This document shows positions 1 to 9,100 of a stretch of 37,685 bases of DNA, piece by piece (the stretch's first letter is position 1; each line of letters starts with the position of its first letter). The position numbers were made by a program, and so were the translations under genes. This DNA comes from a virus (lineage: Duplodnaviria; Caudoviricetes): the IMG/VR virus record IMGVR_UViG_3300020045_009058, positions 1 to 37,685 of that record, one strand, 5' to 3'. A model generated the notes under the pieces. That model made no database searches, was not told the origin of the DNA, and was given only the letters and a program-made list of their open reading frames with translations.

Positions 1-121
1 AGAGCGACGATCTTTCAAGTGACTACCGCCGGGCAAGATAAAAACCGCACAAAGACGCATGCGGGCACTCGAATCATCAAGCTCTTACCTGCGGCGGTGG
101 AGGCGTTTGAGTATCTGAAGG
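1..121 (+). repeat. Terminal direct repeat (copy 1), circular-assembly overlap
   Basis: 1-121 is identical to 37565-37685 (agagcgacga...gtatctgaagg). Confidence 0.98.
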
Positions 122-438
122 AACTCAAGTTTGGGGATCGCGCAACCTATAACCCGCGTGCATACACCGAGTCCAAGCGCTGGAACGACAAGGCGACTCA
201 AGAGCATTGGAGGGCGGCCCACGCCGGAACGGACATCCCGTACCGCAACCCGTACCAGCTCCGCCATACGTTTGCGAGTCAACATCTGAGTCAGGGCGCG
301 AACATCGCGTACATCAGTAAGCAAATGGGTCATAAGACGGTGCAACAGGTGATCAATGACTACGGTCGATGGGTCGATCAGGGATCCGAGATCGACCGGC
401 CCGCCGAGCGGTATGGCGAACGTAAGATCTGGTCCTGA
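1..438 (+). CDS. int: Tyrosine integrase, C-terminal part (gene starts at 36818 and wraps the junction)
   Basis: RTKT (catalytic K), YQLRHTFAS (HxxR box with H->Y), QMGH, and INDYGRW (catalytic Y); in frame with 36818-37564. Confidence 0.95.
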   Translation, partial: RATIFQVTTAGQDKNRTKTHAGTRIIKLLPAAVEAFEYLKELKFGDRATYNPRAYTESKRWNDKATQEHWRAAHAGTDIPYRNPYQLRHTFASQHLSQGANIAYISKQMGHKTVQQVINDYGRWVDQGSEIDRPAERYGERKIWS

Positions 439-534
439 CCCCAAATTCACATGTGAAATTCGTGTGAATCGGTGGCTCGAAGTGGCTCAATTCACACGCG
501 CCGAACTGCATCCTGATCTACAGATTTGTATATC

Positions 535-547
535 AATCAGCAACTTA
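535..547 (+). promoter_or_regulatory. IHF-like site left of att core
   Basis: AATCAG-CAAC-TTA, one mismatch to WATCAA-N4-TTR. Confidence 0.6.
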
Positions 548-569
548 GCTTAAGATATCTTGAGATAAC

Positions 570-616
570 TGGGGGTTAACAGCCCCCCGCGGGTTCGAAT
601 CCCGCTCTCTCCGCCA
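570..616 (+). other. att core: 3' half of a tRNA-Ser (variable arm, T-arm, acceptor 3' strand, CCA); not a full tRNA
   Basis: GGGGG-TTAACAG-CCCCC long variable arm, GCGGG-TTCGAAT-CCCGC T-arm, TCTCTCCGCCA end with G discriminator; no D-arm or anticodon arm upstream. Confidence 0.9.
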
Positions 617-634
617 GGACAAATAAGCGTTAAG

Positions 635-647
635 AATCAACGACTTA
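635..647 (+). promoter_or_regulatory. IHF site right of att core
   Basis: AATCAA-CGAC-TTA, perfect WATCAA-N4-TTR; 100 bp from the left site. Confidence 0.7.
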
Positions 648-659
648 GAGCAAAACGAC

Positions 660-682
660 AGAGGCCCTTCGGGGCCTTTTTC
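660..682 (+). terminator. Intrinsic terminator (would terminate the reconstituted tRNA after integration)
   Basis: AGGCCC-TTCG-GGGCCT followed by T-run. Confidence 0.85.
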
Positions 683-708
683 TATGCGCGTGTGAAAGAC
701 GTGTGAAT

Positions 709-1077
709 TCAGACTGCGGCCGATCCTTCGACCAGATCGCGGACGCGGACTGAAACGAGTGTCTTCCTCGCAACATGAACAAGATCGAACGGCTGGCTGA
801 GCACGTTCACATAGATATCGTGCTTGTCTGTGTTCCAACATGCGCCAGCTACTTTCCCCGCACGATATGCGACTGCGCCCAGGTCCGCAGCGTTGCACTT
901 GACGCTAGCTGAACCATGCAATGCAACTAGCGTCTTGTCTTCTAGGCGCAGGTAAGCTACTGGGATGTCGGGCAGTGCGCGCGACTTCTTGATTGACTCT
1001 CTTACGTCGAGAGCAGGCCCGATGAATAGCAGAGCCAAAGCGGCCGAAGCTAATGCCAATCCGATTATTCTTTTCAT
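709..1077 (-). CDS. Membrane-anchored/exported protein downstream of endolysin, unknown function (122 aa)
   Basis: Start MKRIIGLALASAALALLFIGP at 1077 with AGGGA RBS; hydrophobic N-terminus, two Cys. Confidence 0.7.
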   Translation of the reverse strand: MKRIIGLALASAALALLFIGPALDVRESIKKSRALPDIPVAYLRLEDKTLVALHGSASVKCNAADLGAVAYRAGKVAGACWNTDKHDIYVNVLSQPFDLVHVARKTLVSVRVRDLVEGSAAV

Positions 1078-1102
1078 GATGATCCCTGGTGCGGTGGTTA
1101 AC

Positions 1103-1555
1103 TTACTTTGCAACGCCATCGAACAGGTTGCGCTCTGCATCTCTGCGAATGATGAGTCCCGGCAGCCGCTTTCCACCGCCGAAAACCCAGCGCTCGAACT
1201 GCCTCGCAGCCCCTGCGTAGTCGCCTGAATTCAGCAATTTCAACAGCGTGCTAGTGCGCAGGTTGTGAGCGCCAGCGTTGTACGCAAAGTCCACCAGCGC
1301 GTCGAACTGGCCTTGGCTCAGCGGCACTTTGACGCAGCGACGGACAGCTTCTTCGTACTCAATGAGCGTTACTCGCATTAGCGACTCAGCGATAGATCTG
1401 TCGATCGACTTGTCCGTAAGCTTCACTGCAGTGCCGTCAGCGTAGCGTGTAGATCCGTAGCCTATGGTCGGTACGCCCGCTGGGCACAGGTACGGCAGCG
1501 CAACGAAGTTTTCTGACTTGCGGATCAGCGCGAGACAAGCATCAGAGGCATTCAC
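1103..1555 (-). CDS. Endolysin, GH24 lysozyme
   Basis: SENFVALPYLCPAGVPTIGYGST (E-x8-C-x5-T), QFDALVDFAYNAG, LPGLIIRRDAERNLF. Confidence 0.95.
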   Translation of the reverse strand: MNASDACLALIRKSENFVALPYLCPAGVPTIGYGSTRYADGTAVKLTDKSIDRSIAESLMRVTLIEYEEAVRRCVKVPLSQGQFDALVDFAYNAGAHNLRTSTLLKLLNSGDYAGAARQFERWVFGGGKRLPGLIIRRDAERNLFDGVAK

Positions 1556-1641
1556 TTGAGAACCAACCCAAGTCCGGCCACGCCGACGAACAAGAGCGCT
1601 GGGGCTGCCGAAGCTAATGGCCGTCCGATTATTATTTTCAT
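1552..1641 (-). CDS. 29-aa hydrophobic peptide MKIIIGRPLASAAPALLFVGVAGLGLVLK (below ORF-track cutoff)
   Basis: ATG at 1641 with purine-rich leader; its TGA overlaps the endolysin GTG start (GTGA). Confidence 0.5.
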   Translation of the reverse strand: MKIIIGRPLASAAPALLFVGVAGLGLVLK

Positions 1642-1669
1642 GATGCTTCTACCTGGTTGGATGGTTAAC

Positions 1670-2065
1670 TTACTTCGCAACGCCCTTGAACTTCTCTGCT
1701 GTTCTCAGCGCACCGAGTCCCAGCATTCCCATCAAGACTGGGAGCATTTCTGTGAGATCGGCTGGCGCAAGGTCGAGCGTCTTGTCTCCAACAATCAAGA
1801 GTGCCATTTTCACAATCGGCAGGCCAATCCAATTCCATGCGCACGCCATGCCGCAGACCCAGCCGATGAATGGCCGCCAGCCTCCGATGAATACGCTTCC
1901 CGTTTCGGCTTCGGCTTTATTGACTGCGAGCTGCGCCTGAACGACGGAAACTGTAGCGGCAAGCAAAACTTTCTCTTGCTCAGTCTTATCTGGCCAGATG
2001 CGATCGACAGCCTTACCGACCAGATCAGCAACCTGCCCCGCGCCAGCGATGTCTATTAGTGCCAT
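1670..2065 (-). CDS. Holin, GTA 3TM holin family (131 aa)
   Basis: Start MALIDIAG; VNKAEA...FIGGWRPFIGWVCG and MLGLGALRTAEK motifs. Confidence 0.88.
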   Translation of the reverse strand: MALIDIAGAGQVADLVGKAVDRIWPDKTEQEKVLLAATVSVVQAQLAVNKAEAETGSVFIGGWRPFIGWVCGMACAWNWIGLPIVKMALLIVGDKTLDLAPADLTEMLPVLMGMLGLGALRTAEKFKGVAK

Positions 2066-2072
2066 TGCGGTC

Positions 2073-2408
2073 TCACTTGAGAACCAGCGCAACGCCGGCG
2101 GTACCGACAATAGCTGCCACACCCACGATTGCTTTGAGAATGAAGCCACGAATCTCGATCAGCCCAGGCATGTGACGCTCTAGATCCCGCGTTCGCTCTT
2201 CGAGATCATCGTGCTTCTCTTCTTGCTCTTTCATCGCTAACCGCGTTGCACGATCGCGCTCTTCAATCACTGCGAGCTTCGATATGCTTTCTGCGATCGT
2301 CTCGATACTTCGCTGAGTACGCTCTGCAGACACCGCTAGGCTTGAGACCGAAACCTCAAGCCCTGCGAGCCGCTCACCGTCTGTGCGGCCTGTGTTTCTA
2401 TCTGACAT
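2073..2408 (-). CDS. Coiled-coil protein with C-terminal TM helix (lysis-cassette membrane protein)
   Basis: Charged heptad-like region then ILKAIVGVAAIVGTAGVALVLK; position before holin. Confidence 0.75.
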   Translation of the reverse strand: MSDRNTGRTDGERLAGLEVSVSSLAVSAERTQRSIETIAESISKLAVIEERDRATRLAMKEQEEKHDDLEERTRDLERHMPGLIEIRGFILKAIVGVAAIVGTAGVALVLK

Positions 2409-2440
2409 TTATGAACTCGCAATTTAGTTTGTCGTGTAAT

Positions 2441-2456
2441 GCTATCTGACGATAGC
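2441..2456. promoter_or_regulatory. Operator-like palindrome GCTATC-TGAC-GATAGC
   Basis: Exact motif copy overlapping the -10/+1 of the lysis promoter. Confidence 0.7.
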
Positions 2457-2480
2457 TTATCATAACATTCTAAATTGCAA
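2454..2480 (-). promoter_or_regulatory. N15 promoter TTGCAA-N15-TAAGCT (lysis genes)
   Basis: One of eight same-spacing sites. Confidence 0.6.
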
Positions 2481-2485
2481 GCTTT

Positions 2486-3025
2486 TTAGAAATCGACTTG
2501 GGTATATTCAAGCTCATCGTGCAAGAAAGCGAGCGTACTAGCGTTGTCGATGACTAAATCGCCAGGCATAACAGCTATCCCGTTTTCGCTAGGATGGCCA
2601 GATTCGCTTATCTCATCGCCCGGCCGCTTGATGTGAATGATCTGACCACCCTGCGATCGTATCCACGCTGCTTCATTCTCGAATCGAACATCGCTGATAA
2701 CGACTTGATGCCATTGCGACCTCCTGACGCGCTCGGATAACACTCTGATCCAAATGTCATCTTGCACCTGATTCCTGCCGAATTCTGTCCCCAGACGCTG
2801 CGCAAGGTAGCGCGGGCTTCGACCTATCCACGGGATTTCCTTTTCTTTTAGAATGCGATCATTGAGCTCCGCATCCGTCAAGCCGAAGATTGCTTTGATG
2901 CCGTCGCGAATTGCGTCGGCGAATGCGAAGCGCTTAAAGGCGAAGCGCTTAACAAGGTAGTCTGCTGCTGTATCTTTACCCGCGCCAGCGCGGCCAGCGA
3001 TTCCTACGATGTTTACTTTGTTCAT
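2486..3025 (-). CDS. Deoxynucleoside monophosphate kinase (179 aa)
   Basis: Start MNKVNIVGIAGRAGAGKDT (P-loop), FADAIRD, SPRYLAQRLGTEFGR, VVISDVRFENE, HPSE. Confidence 0.92.
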   Translation of the reverse strand: MNKVNIVGIAGRAGAGKDTAADYLVKRFAFKRFAFADAIRDGIKAIFGLTDAELNDRILKEKEIPWIGRSPRYLAQRLGTEFGRNQVQDDIWIRVLSERVRRSQWHQVVISDVRFENEAAWIRSQGGQIIHIKRPGDEISESGHPSENGIAVMPGDLVIDNASTLAFLHDELEYTQVDF

Positions 3026-3078
3026 GATGATTCCTTGAATGTGTTTTGACCTGGCGGGGATTAGCCGCCAGGGTTCGA

Positions 3079-4731
3079 TTAGGCTGTGTAGGCGCCATTG
3101 ATGATGTTGATCAGCGTGCGCTTGCCATTCTTGTAAACGATGCAGTGCGTGTGCAGCCATGAACTCGGACCACGTGCATACTCAAGACCATATTTCGAGC
3201 TGGTTCCGGTCTGATAGACGCCACCTGAGATACCGGGTGAATGGCTGTGGCCAACAATGCTCTTAGTACCAATCTTCTCAAGAGCGCGCCTGCTTCCACG
3301 GGAACCATTCGGACCGAGATCGCCGTGCATGCCGAACTCGATACCGTGCTGCTGAAAGCTTTCGTCGCGCTTGATAAACAAAGTACCTTTGTGTGACTTC
3401 AGCATCCTGCGGCTCATGTACTCGAACGGGTCGATGAACTCGCCACGCGCTTTAATCTCACGCGTCATCGCAGTAAACAGCTCAGCCCACAGCTCTGCAT
3501 TCTCAGGATCTAGACGTGGGTCAGTTTCAGCTATCCACCACGTCAGGTGATCGTGGTGGTTCGAAGGAACGATGATGTTCAGAGAACCCTTGCGCGTCTT
3601 TGAATCGATGAAGTCGAAACAGCGCTGCAATTCCTCGGCAATGTTTGCCTGCTTGCCATGGTGCTTTGCAAACTGCTTGATTGGGTCTTTCTTGTGATGA
3701 TGCGAGATGCTGTAGCAGTCGAGTACATCGTGATAGACAAGTAGGCCTGGCTTCAAGCGGTTGACGATTGAATCTTTCATATCGAAGGTGACTTCTACAA
3801 CCTCTTCATCTACGAAATCTACGTGTAGGTCTCCGAGCACCAGGGCCTCGATTCCGCCGTTCGGTATCACACCATCTTCAGAGAACTCCATATCGAGGTC
3901 TTGGAATGAGCCGTCGACACAGGCGTTGATCTGGCGCATATGGAAAGCGCGTCCATCTTCTTCGAGCTCAATAACGCAGGCTCCGAATGTGTGGTGGTGC
4001 TCACCGATCGAGCCGGCTTTCGTGTCTGTATAGTTGAACTCTGTGCAGCTACCTGTCGTTGTCAAAATCTTTGGAAGCTTGTTCTGCGGCGTCGCGATTG
4101 TTGTCAGCTCAAGCTTCGGGTGGCCGATGATTGCGCTCTTATGGCCAGTGATCGTCTCGAACCCCTCAAGCGGCCTGCGAGCTGTCGGCTGCGTCTTGAT
4201 GTCGCCCATGACCACCAGATTGAGTCCGAGGTCAACGCGTGAAGTAACCATCGCGCCGGCAAGCTCAGGAGCCCACCATTCCTGGTCCCCCATCCCCGCT
4301 GTCAGCAGTGAAGTAGGGTTCTTGTAGCGGTATGGGATCACCATCAACTCCGCGTTGCGATACGAGCAATAGCGCTTCAAGTTAGCCATGAATCGCTGAT
4401 TGACCGGCGTAGCGTTCTGAGCGCTGGTGATGACATAGCGCTTGCGGCCAAGGCGCTGCGACGGTGCGCGGCTCAGGTCGTCGATGCGCACACCATCCGC
4501 AGGTGCTGGCCGGTCCTTCGAGTCAGCAGGGATGTCTTCATAGACTGCGACGTTGACCACATCGCTAGCGGTACTACCAGCCGCCCGCGCGATCTTTGCG
4601 ACACGTAAATTGATTGTTGAATGAGCAACTCCGAGTACCTTTGCAGCCGCACGCCGTGACCCTGAATTCTTGAGGATCATGTTGAAGTCTGTGTCTGATA
4701 CTGTGATCTTGCTTACTTTGTTGTTAGCCAT
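3079..4731 (-). CDS. HTH + metallophosphoesterase protein resembling phage T5 A1 nuclease family (550 aa)
   Basis: N-terminal RRAAAKVLGVAHSTI HTH; GDLH, HDVLD, SNHHD, HGD, GHSH metal-binding motifs; YVITSAQN and NYTDTKAG..GEHHH blocks recalled from A1-like proteins. Start 4731 preferred over 4833. Confidence 0.75.
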   Translation of the reverse strand: MANNKVSKITVSDTDFNMILKNSGSRRAAAKVLGVAHSTINLRVAKIARAAGSTASDVVNVAVYEDIPADSKDRPAPADGVRIDDLSRAPSQRLGRKRYVITSAQNATPVNQRFMANLKRYCSYRNAELMVIPYRYKNPTSLLTAGMGDQEWWAPELAGAMVTSRVDLGLNLVVMGDIKTQPTARRPLEGFETITGHKSAIIGHPKLELTTIATPQNKLPKILTTTGSCTEFNYTDTKAGSIGEHHHTFGACVIELEEDGRAFHMRQINACVDGSFQDLDMEFSEDGVIPNGGIEALVLGDLHVDFVDEEVVEVTFDMKDSIVNRLKPGLLVYHDVLDCYSISHHHKKDPIKQFAKHHGKQANIAEELQRCFDFIDSKTRKGSLNIIVPSNHHDHLTWWIAETDPRLDPENAELWAELFTAMTREIKARGEFIDPFEYMSRRMLKSHKGTLFIKRDESFQQHGIEFGMHGDLGPNGSRGSRRALEKIGTKSIVGHSHSPGISGGVYQTGTSSKYGLEYARGPSSWLHTHCIVYKNGKRTLINIINGAYTA

Positions 4732-4935
4732 GTTTATCTTTCGTTTTCTTGCGTTTGAATACTTTTTCTTTCGATCAAGTACAGGTGGTTTGCATATCGA
4801 TCTCTCGACAAAACGAATAATAACAAGTTGCAAACATATTGCTGACTAGTTTGCTTGCGCCGAAAAAGTAGTACTTAGCTCGATTTACCTGGAGAAGTTG
4901 GTTGATAGACAGGCAACATCTCGCACGCAGACATG

Positions 4936-4981
4936 AAAAAGCCCGCATAAATTAGAGTGGAAACTCTAAAATATATCGGGC
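4936..4981 (-). terminator. Long-stem terminator after tail operon, carrying an 18-bp palindrome
   Basis: Minus strand GCCCG...TTAGAGT-TTCC-ACTCTAA...CGGGC-TTTTT. Confidence 0.65.
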
Positions 4982-4986
4982 CGATA

Positions 4987-5026
4987 CGGGAGGAGTGGTT
5001 AATTCTGGCGGGAGAAGTGGTTAATT
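4987..5026. repeat. Two 18-bp direct repeats, period 22
   Basis: CGGGAGGAGTGGTTAATT (4987) and CGGGAGAAGTGGTTAATT (5009). Confidence 0.85.
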
Positions 5027-5066
5027 TGAGGTGAAATGTTTATTCCGCGCAGCAAACGTGGCTCGG

Positions 5067-6074
5067 TTAGAAGTCAGTGGAGACAATAGTGAAGCGAATC
5101 GATACTTTGATGCCGTAGGTCGAGAGCGTTGTCGTAGAGGTAGAGCTAGAAATACTCAATCGCAAACGAATCCGCCCGGCCAGCGCGTCTCCAACCGGCC
5201 CAATGACTAATGAGCTACTCATCGAGATACCAGTCGTATCCGTCGTTTGCAACTGAGCTGCAGACGATGAAGATACTAAAGTCACAAGTCCATCTGCGTC
5301 ACACGAGACTCTAAACAGTTGTATGAAACTCTGATGCTTCATCAAAGTTGCGGCTGCGGTCGCGTGCGGTGTGGTACTGACAGTCAACAGCTCTACTCGG
5401 ACTATTGATGCTGCGCCAGTGAGGCTTTTGGGCAACGAGATTGGGTCAGAGTAATGCAGTGAGCCACCAGTCAAAATTGGTGGATCAATAATAAATGATG
5501 TATCACGTATGAAGTTGTGTGCAGTACCGCCGACTCCGCCACCCGCTGCGTACGCTGCATCAAGTGCAGCGGCTGCGTCGATAATGGCTAAATCAGCAAC
5601 ATCTCCCGCCGAGTCCGCTGTTGTCTGTGCAGTACTAGCTGCGGCCAAAGCGGCGTCCGCAGTAGCTTGAGCAGCGTCTGCTGCATCCATCGCAGCAACT
5701 GCTAGTTCGCTGGATCCACCACCGCCACCTATCTGCCTGCGGTCTATATATGATGTGACTGCTGTGCTAGACGTTACAACAGAATACAAAGCTAATGCGC
5801 CGACTGTGAAGCCCACGATATTCTGACTGACCACACCAGCCGTATCTACTTCGATGTAGCTTGTAGAGCTTGCAGGTAATACGAATGAACCATTCTCAAT
5901 CTCTTGATCTGCATACCATCCGCCGTAGTAGGCCCAAGTCAGTCCAATGGATGCCGCTTGCCGACGCGCGAACAGAACAGCAGGCGAGGCTGCGCTAAAG
6001 AAGTCATTTGCGGTAATCTCCTTACCAGCTTGCCCGACTTCAATTAGATCTAGAATTTGTGTGCTCGATGACAT
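5067..6074 (-). CDS. Tail fibre/receptor-binding-like protein
   Basis: Follows megatron; N-terminal GQAGKEITAN...LTWAYYGG anchor, Gly linkers, AQATADAA coiled coil, Ser/Thr-rich C-terminal domain; GGAG RBS. Confidence 0.7.
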   Translation of the reverse strand: MSSSTQILDLIEVGQAGKEITANDFFSAASPAVLFARRQAASIGLTWAYYGGWYADQEIENGSFVLPASSTSYIEVDTAGVVSQNIVGFTVGALALYSVVTSSTAVTSYIDRRQIGGGGGSSELAVAAMDAADAAQATADAALAAASTAQTTADSAGDVADLAIIDAAAALDAAYAAGGGVGGTAHNFIRDTSFIIDPPILTGGSLHYSDPISLPKSLTGAASIVRVELLTVSTTPHATAAATLMKHQSFIQLFRVSCDADGLVTLVSSSSAAQLQTTDTTGISMSSSLVIGPVGDALAGRIRLRLSISSSTSTTTLSTYGIKVSIRFTIVSTDF

Positions 6075-6093
6075 GGTATCTCCATTTATTCTA

Positions 6094-6120
6094 ATTATAA
6101 GTCAACCCACAAAACGTCAA
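6094..6120 (-). promoter_or_regulatory. N15 promoter TTGACG-N15-TATAAT (tail fibre)
   Basis: Near-consensus boxes inside the 3' end of the upstream gene. Confidence 0.65.
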
Positions 6121-9100
6121 CAGCATCATCGGCCTGGCGCATCGTCGTATAGTGACTCGTAGCCATTATGTTTGCGATCTTTGCTTTGTATCCTGTGCCT
6201 GGTGTATACAGTGAAAGCGGAACATCGAAGTAGATACTCGACAGATCGGGCGATGCGTAGCGTGCGATTGCGCCCGATATATCGGAGCCGGGCACCAGCT
6301 CGCCGGCCGGGTTGTACAAGAATAGAACGTGCTCGGTTTGCATGCGAATAGATGCTGAGCTCGTGTAGTAGCCGAACGAGATATCCGACTGGGGTACGTC
6401 CGCGTAATCTACCCAAGGCATTCCGTCTCTCGACCGCGCTTTGCAATACACGCGCGACATCTCACCCGGGATTGTTATCCCGACAAATCCAGCGACAGGC
6501 GATAGTGGGCGCGTCCCGAGGTTTGTAGGCGTGAAGTCTTGGTAGTTCCCTGAGTCACTCGGACGCCCGCGCGTGACAGCTTTGTACTGAGTAGATACCG
6601 GGCTGGTTATTGCGCCGAGACCCTTTGTTGTGTCGCTGCCGCTAGGGTTCAACGTCTTGAATGACAGGATGTTTGAGTCGAGTAGCACGAAGCGCTCGCC
6701 GGTTACGTGCTTGTCGCAGTAGTAATCAGAGCCACGGCAGCCGCGCATCAACCCTTGCAGCCTGTAGACCGAGTTACCTTCAACCGAGCTTATCAATGTC
6801 GCAGACTGGAACTGAATGACTTCTTGACCAATTGCGGCTCGATTGGCCACCCCGCGCTTGAGGGTTGCGTAATCAGTCGATACCAGCACTCCGCCGTTCT
6901 CGATAGTCACCAGCAGCTCGTTGATGTCATCGCGAATGCTTGAGCGCTGCGTGGGTGCGCCGAGTGCGTGATTAGTCCTGCCTACCGTGGCTTTCAGCTT
7001 GGTTTCTTTGATTAACTCATCAGTTGTTCCGCGCGAGTACAGACCGCCACCAGGCCAAGACGGGACACTAGACGCTAAGCCGTAATACGTTGTTCTGTTG
7101 ATTACATAGTCTTCTAGCGCAACCAGGTCAAGCATGATTGCTTCAGTGACACCCGTGGCATTCATCCTCTGAGTGGCTTGAGTAACGTCGTCAGCATCGG
7201 GTGATTGCGTCAGATAAAGCCCGTCGTCGCTCTCCGCTTCGAACTTGAGAACGCCAGTCGGCGTGTCTTCGCGCTTTGTGATTCGGACGCGATAGGCTTT
7301 GTCGCCTTGAGTTAACGCAACAACGTCAGACGGCATCAAATGCGCGTACTTCAGGGTCGTGCTGAAAGCCGCTTTGTTGCGGCCCGCGTATGACATGTAG
7401 AGCAAACGAGCGGCCGTGGCGGCAGCTTGCGTCTGACTCATCGCGATCGGCAACTGAACGTCTGACTTCATGTTCGAGCTCGAAGTCATCCTCCGCTGGT
7501 ACTGAGATCCGACCGCATAGTCTCCAGCCGGATCTGCGAAAGCTACGGCGATCTCAGAAGGAAGCTCAGACTCGTGCGTGCGGGTCCATGTGATCGCGTC
7601 TGCAAGCTTTCCGCCCTCCTCCGCTGCGCCGAGGTCGCTCTCTGGGATCAGAGTCAGGGCTGACTGACCCCGTGGCACGAATGTCAGCTTGTGATCGACC
7701 TCGATAGAGTCAAAGAACGTGTAGCTAGCAAGTGGCGTCAGGTTGTCACGCGGGTTAGCTCTCGAAGAGATGAGGTAGCCATCAACCACGGTACCGAGCT
7801 TCGATGTGTCGATGATTGACGCCGGCATCCCTGCCACGGCGCACTCAGCGTCGATGATCGCTGCATCGGAAGTCTTGCCGGCTTCATATGAACCAGTCGA
7901 GCCGAACACTAAGGGCAGGCTGGCGTCGACCGGGTAATCGCCGGACTCACGAATCATCGCGCCTAAGACGAATAGCCCGGCGTTGCAATAAGCTGACTTC
8001 AGGTACTTGTGTGGCCAGTAATCGGCCGGCGCACTTGGACCTGCTGTGCGTATCGTTGTGCCTGCGGGCAACGTGTTCGCGATGTCTAGCGTATTGATTC
8101 TTGTGAGTTCAGTATCAATCAAAGGGTCGAGAGAATAGAGAGCAACATACGCGTTAAGTATGCTTGCGACATAGACTGTCCCGCCTCGAACTGCTAGCAC
8201 TGTTCCGAAATGGTCGAATCTGAACTTGTTCGGGTCTGTTGTTGCTAAAACTATCGAGTTAACAAGCGCACCCGCGCTGTCGAATATCTTTAGTGCCCAT
8301 GTGTTGCCGCTGCCAATCACTGCGTACACGTGTGACCCAGCCGCAACTAGATCGTGAATCTCACCGGCCCCGAGAGAGAAAACCATTTCAGAAGTTGACA
8401 GCGCAGTCTTTCCACCCGAAATGATGTCTACGCTGAAGTTCTTAATCGTCAGGCCAGCTTGACCCGATGATGTAATGTATGAGACAGCAACCAGAGCAGC
8501 AGCTTTGTTTGGCGAAGAGACAGTAGCAATACTACTTGTGAGAGTTATTCCACCGGGACTCGCAGGATTATCGAAGTCGAGTTGAAATACGTTGTTGTTC
8601 TTTCTGTCATAGATGTTTACATACTGCTTTGTACCTGTACCACCGAGACCGTTGTCGGTATATCTGTACGCAAAGCCCTTGACCTCACCCGTGAAGCGAA
8701 CATTCCAAAGGTTGCCGGCGGTAATTAGGAAATCATCAGTGAACGGAATCGGCACTGGCGGCGGCGTATTGATAATGATATTTACACCAATACTACCCAT
8801 CGAACCGCTCGGAGTTGTATTGTATTGCTGATAAGAGAATTGACTATTGCATTCTGAGCCGCCGTTGAATCCTGCTACAAAGTATGAAACGTCTAGCAAA
8901 TCGGTAGCGTTGCAAGACATCGACGGATGATTAGCAGCACCCGGTAATAGCGATGGTATGTAGCCACCGAGCACGCCGATTGGTGAAGGGGACGTCAGGC
9001 GTGCGTCTGCTTTCGAGACTACGAACTCTAGGTTCGGGATCTTGTTGCCGTACTCAGCAAGCGGGAAGCGCTTGAATACAACGTAAGCTGTTCCGCGATA

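Larger units (their letters stand above)
444..710. other. attP region with integrase arm-type repeats
   Basis: TGTGAA pairs 11 bp apart at 452/463 and 691/702; inverted TTCACA at 446 and 491; they flank the tRNA-like core. Confidence 0.75.

Noticed and set aside
530-616. Full tRNA gene
   Set aside because: No 5' acceptor strand, D-arm or anticodon arm upstream of 570; it is an att core.
1556-2059. 167-aa plus-strand ORF over the holin
   Set aside because: Antisense to a well-recognised holin; its likeness to 965-1228 simply mirrors the Y repeat.
3050-3072. Terminator between A1-like gene and dNMP kinase
   Set aside because: Hairpin is followed by an A-run, not a U-tract, on the coding strand; more likely a stability or processing element.
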